Of a DNA stretch of 64,000 bases, positions 18,696-27,248 are shown in pieces. The stretch covers positions 162,837 through 226,836 of the forward strand of contig JAJUFP010000001.1 of NCBI GenBank assembly GCA_029263715.1, written 5' to 3'. The position numbers were made by a program, and so were the translations under genes. Numbering within the stretch: position 1 is the stretch's first letter; each line of letters opens with the position of its first letter. Source of the stretch: Nitrososphaera sp. Its GTDB lineage: Archaea; Thermoproteota; Nitrososphaeria; Nitrososphaerales; Nitrososphaeraceae. The notes under the pieces are model-generated. The model searched no databases and had not been told where the DNA came from. It worked only from the letters and a program-made list of their open reading frames with translations.

Positions 18696-19160
18696 TCAAA
18701 GCCCTATTATTTTTTTGACGGTGTCTGCAAAAATCGGCATAAATGGAGCAGCATAGTCTTTTATGTGCTTTAAAACACCTTTTAATTGCGCTTTTTGGTC
18801 GTCGCTAATACTGTTTGTCTTATCGATCATTTCGATTGTTTCGTTGTAAATGTTTGTTGTGTTAACGTCGCCGCCGAAAGCAACGCTGCCATAAACATTA
18901 CCGATATTTATAGAAGGGTTATTAGTGTGAGTGTCGCCGCTTGTGGGCGTGTGTTGCTGATAGCGCGCTTGCATCAATTTTTCAACGCCGATTAGTCTGC
19001 CTATGCGAATAGGCGCACCAGAACTGTCTACCACTATGCCCACCAATTTCTTGCAGGCAATACATATGACTTCACTTTCTGCGCCTTTATAGACGCTTCT
19101 GGTTTGATACGCATCGCACCACGGGCAATTGAATTCTACCCAGCGCTTATCGTCTGCCAA
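18696..19160 (-). CDS. Zn-finger protein with Gly/Asn-rich linker and helical C-terminus
   Basis: CPWC...CIAC; 'NPSINIGNVYGSVAFGGDVNTTNIYN'. Confidence 0.7.
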   Translation of the reverse strand: MADDKRWVEFNCPWCDAYQTRSVYKGAESEVICIACKKLVGIVVDSSGAPIRIGRLIGVEKLMQARYQQHTPTSGDTHTNNPSINIGNVYGSVAFGGDVNTTNIYNETIEMIDKTNSISDDQKAQLKGVLKHIKDYAAPFMPIFADTVKKIIGL

Positions 19161-19375
19161 TCTCGATGATTTGTAACATTGCTAAATAAAAAGAATATGA
19201 TAGCCGGGCGTATTTCACACCATTCTTTGTCTTCTATTACAAATAGCCGTACTATCTAGAACGAACTTACGATTTGCTGTAACGATTATTCAGTTTGTCT
19301 TTGTTGTGTATTCTGACATGTCTTCGTCTTTTGCGGACAGCCTAGTTCTTTAACGCTGTGAAGAATGTCTAGATT

Positions 19376-19457
19376 TGTGTTTGCGGACAAGCCTGCACAT
19401 GACTTGATTTTAAATATCAAGACCCCGTTTTGTACTTGCAGGCTTTATACAAACACA
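19376..19457. repeat. Long imperfect stem-loop downstream of rnpB
   Basis: Nested arms tgtgtttg/caaacaca, aagcctgca/tgcaggctt, cttgat/atcaag. Confidence 0.75.
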
Positions 19458-19471
19458 TATCAAAAAAGTAT

Positions 19472-19752
19472 GCGTGCCAGCTGTAACCCTCCTTCTGTTT
19501 TAGGCGGGATTCCGCTGAGCAGCCAACCTGAGCCGGTGCAGGACCTTTGCGCTCGATTTGGCCTTGCTCCACCCGGGTCGGCAGTTGCATTCCATGGCTA
19601 GGAACCTCAGGCTATGCGCCATCACCGTGTATTCTAGATGGATTTCTTTTCTGTTCCGTTGCCAGCCGTCTCCGGCTAACCATCGCTAGTTCGGGTGCCT
19701 GCAGCGAGGGAGGAGTTTCCTCTCTTCTCGAGTTACCCGCTCACTGGCTCGC
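19472..19752 (-). ncRNA. rnpB: RNase P RNA
   Basis: Minus strand carries GAGGAAACTCC (CR-I) and AAACAGAAGGAGGGTTA (CR-V); 5' gcgagccag pairs with 3' ctggcacgc; followed by a T6 tract. Confidence 0.93.
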
Positions 19753-19778
19753 AGGATGTGATATCCAAACTAGGTATT

Positions 19779-20288
19779 TTAAGATAGGTTTGGAAAATAC
19801 TGGACAACTATTTCGGGTATTTCTTGCTGTTTTTGAGCCTGCGCATAGTCCTCAAGCAGGTTGGCGTTCAGCTCAAGAAATGTATGGCCCCACTTGAACT
19901 TGTCCATCAATTCTGCCGCCTGGTCTTTTTGGCCTAGTATGTACAGCGCCCCTGCCAGGGCCTCGGCGCTGGACAGCTTGCCCAGCTTTGAATAGTTAAT
20001 GGGGTTTGCCGCCAACAGAGGCGGAAGCTTTCTTCCTATCCCGCCGGCAATGATCCGCTGGTGCTTGAATTCGCCGTCTGCCTTCTCCCAGGAGCAGTCG
20101 ATGGCGCAGATGTAATCTGCCACTGTTGCATCGCTTTTCAGTAGGAAATCAGAGGCGTACGGGTTTAGCACTATCCAGTTACTGCGGATGGTGCGGACAG
20201 GCTCGACCAGCCTGAACTTGACAAGCTTTGCGGCCGTGCACTTGAATGGGTCATCCTGCCGCATCATGTAGACAAGGGGCTTCAACAA
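19779..20288 (-). CDS. tsr3: 16S rRNA aminocarboxypropyltransferase Tsr3 (DUF367)
   Basis: 'QDDPFKCTAAKL', 'IDCSW', 'RKLPPLLAANPINY.K..KLSSAEALA', 'FKWGHTFLELN'. Confidence 0.95.
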   Translation of the reverse strand: MLKPLVYMMRQDDPFKCTAAKLVKFRLVEPVRTIRSNWIVLNPYASDFLLKSDATVADYICAIDCSWEKADGEFKHQRIIAGGIGRKLPPLLAANPINYSKLGKLSSAEALAGALYILGQKDQAAELMDKFKWGHTFLELNANLLEDYAQAQKQQEIPEIVVQYFPNLS

Positions 20289-20345
20289 TAATCTAGCTGC
20301 AGAATAATCATTAAAGTTTTTAGTCTCTTTTCAAACACCTTATTC

Positions 20346-21641
20346 GTGCCGGCAATTTCAAGCCTCAGATTCCCCTTCGATTTGAAGAGGGACCAGCTCG
20401 AAGCAGTGGAAGCATGGATCCAGAACAACTGTCGGGGCTCTGTGATCTTTAGCACCGGCACCGGCAAGACCGAGATCGCGTTTGAATGTGCGCGCAGGGC
20501 TGCGGAACTTTACAAAAAAGACCGGTTTTCAATCCTGTTTCTGGTGCCTCGCATCGTGCTTATCAATCAAAACATTCGCCGGCTTTTGAATTACGGCGTC
20601 GACGCGGCTTCGGTCGGCGCGTACTACGGCGAGCGCAAGGAAATCCGGGAGATAACCATCAGCACATACCAGAGCGTCATCAACAACTTTGATCTTGTGC
20701 GCAGATCCGATATGGTGGTTCTAGACGAAATCCACCTTGCCAGCGAAAGCGCAGTCGAGTACGACAAGATCTTTGATGTAATAGTTGAAGACCCACGCCG
20801 GGCCCTGCTTGGGCTGACTGCCACCATCGATGAAAAAGACCCGCGTTATCGGACCATCATGGTGGTCGTGCCGCCGGTCAAAAAGTACATGATAAAGGAG
20901 GCGGTAAACGACGGACGACTTGCCAAGCCCGTGGTGATAGAGGAAAAGGTTGCGTTCACCGGCGAGGAGCAAAAGATCTACGACGAGACCAGCGCTACAA
21001 TAAAAGAGATCTCTAGAAAACTGCAGGCATACGACCCGCAAAAGATGACAAGGATACTGATGCGGGGCGGGACAAGGGCGTCCATGGCAAAGACCTGGTT
21101 TGCCATGGTCCGCAAACGTAAGGAGGTTCTAAGCTCCAGCCGGCAGAAACTGATCAGAACCCTGGAGCTGGTAAAGAAGCACCCCAAAGAGCGGATAATG
21201 ATCTTTAGCGAGACCGTGGATTCAATACAGCAGCTGCGCGATATGCTTGAAGGCAGCGGGATACCTGCCAGGACCATCCACAATGGGATCAAAAGGCAGG
21301 AAAGAGAAGAGATCCTGCAAAGCTGGGGCCATGACTATTACCCGCTGCTCTCGGTGCATACCCTGGAGATAGGCTACGACGTTCCGCAGGTGGGCATTGC
21401 GATAATCATTGCCAGCACGTCTAACATGAACCAGGTGGCACAGAGAATAGGCAGGGTGGTCAGAAAGGTGGATGGAAAGGAGCATGCCTTAGTGTACGTC
21501 GTCTACGTCAACGATACAAAGGACGACAAGGTCATCAAAACCGTCAGGGCGGCCATAGAAAAAGAAGGCGACGCTGACAAGCTGCCGCGGCAAAAGACAA
21601 GAAGGCCGTCTGCTGGCCAAAAGACCATTACAAAGTACTAG
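20346..21641 (+). CDS. XPB/Rad25-like superfamily II helicase
   Basis: 'STGTGKT', 'LDEIH', 'LGLTAT', 'QRIGRVVR'. Confidence 0.92.
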   Translation: MPAISSLRFPFDLKRDQLEAVEAWIQNNCRGSVIFSTGTGKTEIAFECARRAAELYKKDRFSILFLVPRIVLINQNIRRLLNYGVDAASVGAYYGERKEIREITISTYQSVINNFDLVRRSDMVVLDEIHLASESAVEYDKIFDVIVEDPRRALLGLTATIDEKDPRYRTIMVVVPPVKKYMIKEAVNDGRLAKPVVIEEKVAFTGEEQKIYDETSATIKEISRKLQAYDPQKMTRILMRGGTRASMAKTWFAMVRKRKEVLSSSRQKLIRTLELVKKHPKERIMIFSETVDSIQQLRDMLEGSGIPARTIHNGIKRQEREEILQSWGHDYYPLLSVHTLEIGYDVPQVGIAIIIASTSNMNQVAQRIGRVVRKVDGKEHALVYVVYVNDTKDDKVIKTVRAAIEKEGDADKLPRQKTRRPSAGQKTITKY

Positions 21642-22297
21642 AGACGGGACATTCCCCTTGAAAGCATGCCACCGACGTTCTCCAGGTACGAGTCTATGTC
21701 CATCTCAGCCACCCGGCCAGCATCGGTGTTGATTATGTACACCATATGCAGCCTGGCATTTAGCACATCGTCCTCGGTGACCGGCGGGTTCTTGTAGTAT
21801 CTGTCGCAGAAAAGTTTGACTTCTTTGACGTCTTCTAGGTTCCTGTCGCGGGGCGGCTTTCTGAACAGGCTTGGTATGGGAAGCACGCTTACCGGCGGCG
21901 TGGCCAGAACAAACTGGTTTGCATACTTGCTGTACCTGGATATCTTGCTTGCAATTCTGGCAACATAGTACGACAGCGGGTCCAGCGCGTGTTCCGGCGG
22001 GATAAAGCCGGTTTCTATTTCCACGATGGCCGCGCCGTCGCCCTTGGTTGCGTAGACGTCGCAGACCAGTATGTCTGTCAGCTGTTTTTCTACATCCACC
22101 GTGTAGCCGTATTTGATGAGGTGCTTTGCGCAGACCAGCTCCATGACGGAGTGGTTTATCTTCACCAGATTTCTCTGGTACAGTTCGATGAGCCTGTTCT
22201 TGACAAAATCTAGTCTTTCCACGGTTTCAGGCGGCTCGCCGGCGGACATCTTGTCTGCAAGGTGTGTGACGTCAAGAACAAAACTCTCTATATCCAA
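21638..22297 (-). CDS. Hypothetical protein with PD-(D/E)xK-like motif
   Basis: 'VDVEKQL...VCDVYA....IVEIETG'. Confidence 0.8.
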   Translation of the reverse strand: MDIESFVLDVTHLADKMSAGEPPETVERLDFVKNRLIELYQRNLVKINHSVMELVCAKHLIKYGYTVDVEKQLTDILVCDVYATKGDGAAIVEIETGFIPPEHALDPLSYYVARIASKISRYSKYANQFVLATPPVSVLPIPSLFRKPPRDRNLEDVKEVKLFCDRYYKNPPVTEDDVLNARLHMVYIINTDAGRVAEMDIDSYLENVGGMLSRGMSRL

Positions 22298-22361
22298 TGC
22301 TTCAGTCTTAGTTATTCCCTGAGGCTTTAAAGATTATTCGATGGCTTGCTGAAATTCCATA

Positions 22362-22376
22362 CAGAAAATCTTATAT
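22362..22376 (+). promoter_or_regulatory. BRE + TATA box (cagaaaa-tc-TTATAT) ~25 nt upstream of the structured RNA candidate
   Basis: Purine-rich BRE then TTATAT at 22371-22376. The neighbouring minus-strand gene has its own tttaaa at 22326-22331. Confidence 0.65.
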
Positions 22377-22398
22377 CCTTTCAATACGTATAGAATAT

Positions 22399-22601
22399 GC
22401 CGAGCGGTCCAAGGAGAACCGACTCTGTCAGCAAGTGCAGCGGGTATAGGCTCGCAGCATCCTGATGGAGATGGCCGAAACACAAAACAAGGGCGTCTTG
22501 TGGCGCATTTGTTGCTGTGTTCCGGCAAGGGCAGCAATCGCAGGGTTGCAACGGTGGTAGCCCTGAAGGCGATGTCCTCGAGTCTTCAAGGACCAACTCG
22601 G
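22399..22601 (+). ncRNA. Candidate ~200-nt structured non-coding RNA of unknown class
   Basis: Terminal helices ccgag/ctcgg, ggtcc/ggacc, gactc/gagtc enclose four hairpins; upstream BRE-TATA; pyrimidine tract downstream; no credible ORF. Confidence 0.7.
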
Positions 22602-22605
22602 TTTC

Positions 22606-23115
22606 TCAATCCTTCTTTATGCTGTCCAGTATGGTCTGGACGGCCGTCTTGGCGTCTTTTGCCATCATGATGGGAACGCGGTTTCGCTCATCAAGATACT
22701 TGCCGCCGTACGAGTCGGCAGTCCCTCCGCTTCCGGATATCACGACCAGCGGCTTTTTTATCATGTAGCCCACTGAAAGTTCTATCAATGTTCCAACCCC
22801 TCCACCGATGGCGATTATCCCGTCCGCAGAGGAAGCAACGACAAAGTCACGGGCGAAACCAATGCCGGTGCACACAACGATATCGCAGTACTTGTTGGCG
22901 TATGAAAAGTCATCCTGCGGTATGATGCCAATTGCAGTGCCGCCGGCATCCTTTGCACCCTTGCAGGCGGCTTCCATGACGCCACCCAGCCCGCCGCATA
23001 CCAACGCTGCTCCGGCCTTTGCAATCTCTATGCCTGTAGAGTAGGCAACATCTCTGGCGACATCGGTGCATCTGTCGCCGTTGTAACCTATCACAGCGAT
23101 CTGTATCTTGCGCAC
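22606..23115 (-). CDS. LOG/TIGR00725 family Rossmann-fold protein
   Basis: 'LVCGGLGGVMEAACKGA', 'GGGVGTLIEL', 'SGSGG'. Confidence 0.92.
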   Translation of the reverse strand: MRKIQIAVIGYNGDRCTDVARDVAYSTGIEIAKAGAALVCGGLGGVMEAACKGAKDAGGTAIGIIPQDDFSYANKYCDIVVCTGIGFARDFVVASSADGIIAIGGGVGTLIELSVGYMIKKPLVVISGSGGTADSYGGKYLDERNRVPIMMAKDAKTAVQTILDSIKKD

Positions 23116-23394
23116 AAATCCTGCATCGGCATTCCAGAATTATAGTGTTGTGCAGCAACTTGAAAACCACTTAGCAGGTTTTGGAGGCAAAAATTATGGG
23201 TCAAAAATAGTTGTCATGGAGTTGTACGCGCCTCGGAGGGCTAAACAGTTACTATTATTCTATGTGTAATGTCACTAAATTAAATAATTTGTTAGTTATT
23301 ACTTAGCATTGAATATATCCTATCATAATCGTATAAAGTATGCAATTATAGATTGATAGCGGTTTAATTATATAAGTTTTGTACTATATAACAC

Positions 23395-24777
23395 ATGGGA
23401 ATAACGCGAAAACAATTAGCTGGTTCAAAGTACAGCTTGTTAGCATTCATTATTTCTTTTGGATTCTTGTCCTCTATTTTTATAGTAACTGCAGGTCATG
23501 CGTATGCGGAGGGCGATTCTGACAACACCATAACTCAAAGCGAAATTTGCAAATCTGCCGACAAAAAAATTGATTTGAGTCAGAACCTTTCCGTAACTGT
23601 TCTCACGGACAAGTTCAAGTATTTTATTGATTCGCTCGTTAGCATTAGTGGTGAAGTACGCACTTTATCGCCAGACCCGGTCAAAGTCACAGTGGTTGTT
23701 TGTTTTAGTAAATTCTACAGTAATGAGATGCATGGCATTTACACAATTTCCCAGTTGTTAGAAGATGCTAATGAGATAACCGAATCAAATACAGACACAG
23801 TTCTAACGTCATATCAAAAGAACCCTTCGGATCCCATCTTTGAAACTAATTTTTTCAAGAATTCAATCGCATTCTCGAACATCAATCAGAACAAAGTACG
23901 GACTCTCTCTTATTTAGACAACGGATTGAATGCTAATCGAGCCGGTTCCTATATTGTTGTAGCTTCTGTCACAAGCGGTGACATGACTGAAACCGCCGTA
24001 TCGAACTTTGAAGTTTATGATTATTTTACGCATAAATCTGCATTCTTTTTGTATCTAGGCGCGGGATTCTTTATCTCTCTGATGTTGTTAATTGCTTGGA
24101 GGGCAGACAAAAATCAAAGCTGCATTCATTTGTATAAAAAAGTAGGAAGGCTTATCCTTCTTTCAGGAATAGCCGTCTCCCCGATCTTGAGCCTCCTATT
24201 TAATGACCTAGAGCTCGGATATGGGCCAATAGGTCTAGTTAGAACATACGTTGATACCGATAGTAAAGCCCCTGAGTGGGTTCTAAATATCGGCGGGGAT
24301 TTCGTCGATCAGACTGCTCTTAATGAACTACCCGGAGACGAGACTGCTGGAATTCAAATTCCAGTATACATAGTGGTATTTGGCATTGCGGGTGGCTATC
24401 TGAGGTTCTTGTATGATATTGCCAAGGGGGGATGGGATAAAGCCAAGAATGAAAATAGTGCAACTGAAAACTCACAAAACTCTGCAGCAAAGGAATTCAA
24501 AGAATCCTTGAGCGATGTTGTTTTGTTCTTGCTGGCGCCCCTGCTTGCCATAGCGATATGGTTTATCCTCAATCAAAGCGGCATTGAAGGCGAGAGCGGA
24601 AAATGGACTTTGGCAGCAACTAGTTTTACCATCGGTCTGGTTACCAATGAAGTGATACAGAGGCTCACGGAATTCAGCAGTAGGGTCATCCGGGGAGACA
24701 AAGGTTCAAGTGATGAATCTGCAGCTGCCGAGAAGACAATAGAAAAAGGAGGATCTGCTAATACTGGTGCGACATAA
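23395..24777 (+). CDS. Exported Ig-like domain plus multi-TM membrane protein (AT-rich)
   Basis: Signal-like N-terminus, beta-rich ectodomain, five to six C-terminal TM helices with 'VFGIAGGYLRFLY'. Confidence 0.8.
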   Translation: MGITRKQLAGSKYSLLAFIISFGFLSSIFIVTAGHAYAEGDSDNTITQSEICKSADKKIDLSQNLSVTVLTDKFKYFIDSLVSISGEVRTLSPDPVKVTVVVCFSKFYSNEMHGIYTISQLLEDANEITESNTDTVLTSYQKNPSDPIFETNFFKNSIAFSNINQNKVRTLSYLDNGLNANRAGSYIVVASVTSGDMTETAVSNFEVYDYFTHKSAFFLYLGAGFFISLMLLIAWRADKNQSCIHLYKKVGRLILLSGIAVSPILSLLFNDLELGYGPIGLVRTYVDTDSKAPEWVLNIGGDFVDQTALNELPGDETAGIQIPVYIVVFGIAGGYLRFLYDIAKGGWDKAKNENSATENSQNSAAKEFKESLSDVVLFLLAPLLAIAIWFILNQSGIEGESGKWTLAATSFTIGLVTNEVIQRLTEFSSRVIRGDKGSSDESAAAEKTIEKGGSANTGAT

Positions 24778-25104
24778 CCCGCTATCAGCTTCACTTGTCG
24801 CTACATGAGATATGGCTCCTGCGAGGGCAGAATTAGAACATCTGCACAAGACAGAACCAAAACCTGACGTAAAGGACCGCTCTGGTACTCAGGGACGAAG
24901 ACGACAACGTGTTTCCAGCCAGTACAGCAAATAAGATCAATAGGAGTAGGTATCTGCGTAATTACACAACTTGGCATGTGAATTCTTGAAAATCCGTTTA
25001 AAGAAACGGATACTAAAATTAAGACAGGGTGTGCGCCAGTTGATGCACGAAAATAAATTGATCTAAAGTTGAGTTTATAGGTCATTAGTACTTTGCCCAT
25101 CCAG

Positions 25105-26376
25105 ATGGAGTATCGTATCAAGGACATTTCCCTTGCAGAAGAGGGTAGGAGACGGATCGACTGGGCAGAATCACACATGCCCGTGCTTGTTGCTTTACGC
25201 AAAAAATACGGTGAGACCAAGCCCCTCAAGGGAATCCGGGTGGCTGGATGTTTGCATGTCACCAAGGAAACCGGGGTGCTTGTCAGGACGCTAAAGGCTG
25301 CTGGAGCCGAGATTTCATGGTGTGGCTGCAACCCGCTTAGCACCCAGGACGACGTAGCAGCCTCCCTAGCAAAACATGAAGAGGTTTCCGTCTTTGCAAG
25401 CAAGGGCGTGTCAACGGAGGAATACTACGATGACATTCATTCAGCGATGAGGCTGAATCCCCATATCACCATCGACGACGGGGCAGACCTCACAGTTGAG
25501 ATGCACAAGGCCCTTGAGCAGGGAAAGAAGAGTGGCCTGACCGGACCCCTTTTCGGCGGGACGGAAGAAACCACCACCGGCGTTATTAGACTGCGGGCCA
25601 TGCAAAAGGCCGGCAAACTGCTCTATCCTATAATTGCGGTAAACGATGCGGAGACAAAGCACGACTTTGACAACGTTTACGGTACCGGCCAGTCCGCGCT
25701 GGACGGGATAATCCGTGCCACCAACGTCCTGCTGTCGGGCAAGAACGTGGTGGTGGCCGGCTACGGTCACGTGGGCAAGGGCGTGGCGCGCAAAGCGGCA
25801 GGCCTTGGCGCAAACGTGATTGTGACTGAAGTGGATCCCATAGCAGCACTCAAGGCCAAGCTTGACGGATTTTCTGTCGCCACAATGAAAAACGCCTCAA
25901 AGATTGGCGACATCTTCATAACCGCTACTGGATGCAAGGACGTGATACTGGGCGAGGATATATCCCAGATGAAGGACGGCGCAATACTGGCAAATGCCGG
26001 TCATTTCAACGTCGAGATCTCTATCCCGGACTTGGAGAAACAATCCACTGCCAAAAAATCCATCAACGACAGCACCATGCAGTACGACCTGCATACCGGC
26101 AACCGAGTCTACCTGATAGGCGAGGGGCGGCTGGTAAACCTTGCCGCAGCAGAGGGCCATCCATCGGAGGTCATGGACATGAGCTTTGCAAACCAGTTCC
26201 TGTCAGTATTGAAATTGGCGGCGTCAAAGGGCAGCCTAAAGCCAATGGTCTACAATATAGACAAGGAGCAGGATCAGCAGATTGCCATGGCCAAGCTCCA
26301 GTCTATGGGCGTGGAAATAGACCAGTTAACGGCAGAGCAAAAGGCTTACCTAGAAGGATTTAGCGAAGGAACCTGA
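25105..26376 (+). CDS. ahcY: Adenosylhomocysteinase
   Basis: 'GCLHVTKET', 'CNPLSTQD', 'DDGADL', 'EETTTG', 'KHDFDNVYGTGQS', 'GHPSEVMDMSF'. Confidence 0.98.
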   Translation: MEYRIKDISLAEEGRRRIDWAESHMPVLVALRKKYGETKPLKGIRVAGCLHVTKETGVLVRTLKAAGAEISWCGCNPLSTQDDVAASLAKHEEVSVFASKGVSTEEYYDDIHSAMRLNPHITIDDGADLTVEMHKALEQGKKSGLTGPLFGGTEETTTGVIRLRAMQKAGKLLYPIIAVNDAETKHDFDNVYGTGQSALDGIIRATNVLLSGKNVVVAGYGHVGKGVARKAAGLGANVIVTEVDPIAALKAKLDGFSVATMKNASKIGDIFITATGCKDVILGEDISQMKDGAILANAGHFNVEISIPDLEKQSTAKKSINDSTMQYDLHTGNRVYLIGEGRLVNLAAAEGHPSEVMDMSFANQFLSVLKLAASKGSLKPMVYNIDKEQDQQIAMAKLQSMGVEIDQLTAEQKAYLEGFSEGT

Positions 26377-26451
26377 TATCAAAGTACACATGAATAAAGG
26401 GTCTTCGTTACCCTAAATCACATCAACCAAAAGAGGGCCAGAAGGCCAGTT

Positions 26452-26619
26452 TTACTTCTTGGCTCCCAGCGTTCTATTCTTCAGCCTCATCTGGTCGCTG
26501 TGGCATTTCCTGCATCTTCCTGCAGAGATCGGGTTTTTAGCTCCACACCTAAAGCAGATCTTGAAGAACAGCCGTCGCTGCTGAGCAATCTGTTTCTTGG
26601 CTGCATCAGTAATTGGCAT
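26452..26619 (-). CDS. rpl40e: 50S ribosomal protein L40e
   Basis: MPITDAAKKQIAQQRRLFFKICFRCGAKNPISAGRCRKCHSDQMRLKNRTLGAKK; missed by the ORF track. Confidence 0.96.
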   Translation of the reverse strand: MPITDAAKKQIAQQRRLFFKICFRCGAKNPISAGRCRKCHSDQMRLKNRTLGAKK

Positions 26620-26661
26620 TGTAGTCTTGCTTGCTTATAGGGAAGGATGATTTTTACCTTT

Positions 26662-26979
26662 CTATTCTGCAAACATGTAAAGCACGACGAGTTCCTTTTT
26701 GTTTCCGTAAAAGTGGTGGTTCATGCCTGCCGGAACAAAGATCGTCGAGCCCCGCTTCACCGGCTTGCGTTCATCGCCCATCTCGATAAAGCCGTCGCCT
26801 TCCACGACAAAGTACAGTTCATCGGCAGAGTGCGGCTCCTGGGTATCCTCCTGGCCAGGGTAAAGGCGCAGGACGCCGGCTTCCAGATCCCTTATCTTCA
26901 GAAAGTCAAAGAAATAGCTCCCCTTTTCTATCTTGGATAGCAGGTCCTCCAGTTCAAATATCATGCCTTTTTCCTTCAT
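26662..26979 (-). CDS. Cupin domain protein
   Basis: 'QEPHSADELYFVVEGDG', 'IFVPAGMNHHF'. Confidence 0.92.
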   Translation of the reverse strand: MKEKGMIFELEDLLSKIEKGSYFFDFLKIRDLEAGVLRLYPGQEDTQEPHSADELYFVVEGDGFIEMGDERKPVKRGSTIFVPAGMNHHFYGNKKELVVLYMFAE

Positions 26980-27104
26980 TCCTTTCTTGCACCCCTGCTC
27001 AGAATGGACGTGACCAGCTTCATGACAAGCTCTTGAGTCTGTTGATGGTTTTTCATCATGTAATAGTAACGCTCATCTGCAGCGGCCTGCATCTTCTGCT
27101 TCAT
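26976..27104 (-). CDS. Small ORF (42 aa) translationally coupled to the cupin
   Basis: MKQKMQAAADERYYYMMKNHQQTQELVMKLVTSILSRGARKE*; its TGA overlaps the cupin ATG. Confidence 0.4.
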   Translation of the reverse strand: MKQKMQAAADERYYYMMKNHQQTQELVMKLVTSILSRGARKE

Positions 27105-27248
27105 GTATGTTTTCCCATAGATCGTTAAACTGTATTCATAATATGCATTTTTCTTGATCGGATCTAATCAGCCGAAATTGGTTGAATTTTTTTACAATAA
27201 AGTCCTTTTACCGTGCTTTAAAAAAAGAATTGGGGGTTAGGATTACCC

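Noticed and set aside
22399-22601. Structured RNA read as tRNA, 5S rRNA, hammerhead, SAM-I or c-di-AMP riboswitch
   Set aside because: No GGTTCRANYCC T arm or proper acceptor stem, and no 5S core. The hammerhead core CUGAUGA is imperfect (CTGATGG). SAM-I lacks the GGUGCC partner, and there is no downstream plus-strand gene to regulate.
24801-25060. ORF 24801-25403 (-) and a 40-aa plus-strand ORF (MAPARAELEH...)
   Set aside because: The first is antisense to ahcY; the second has no motif or coupling evidence.
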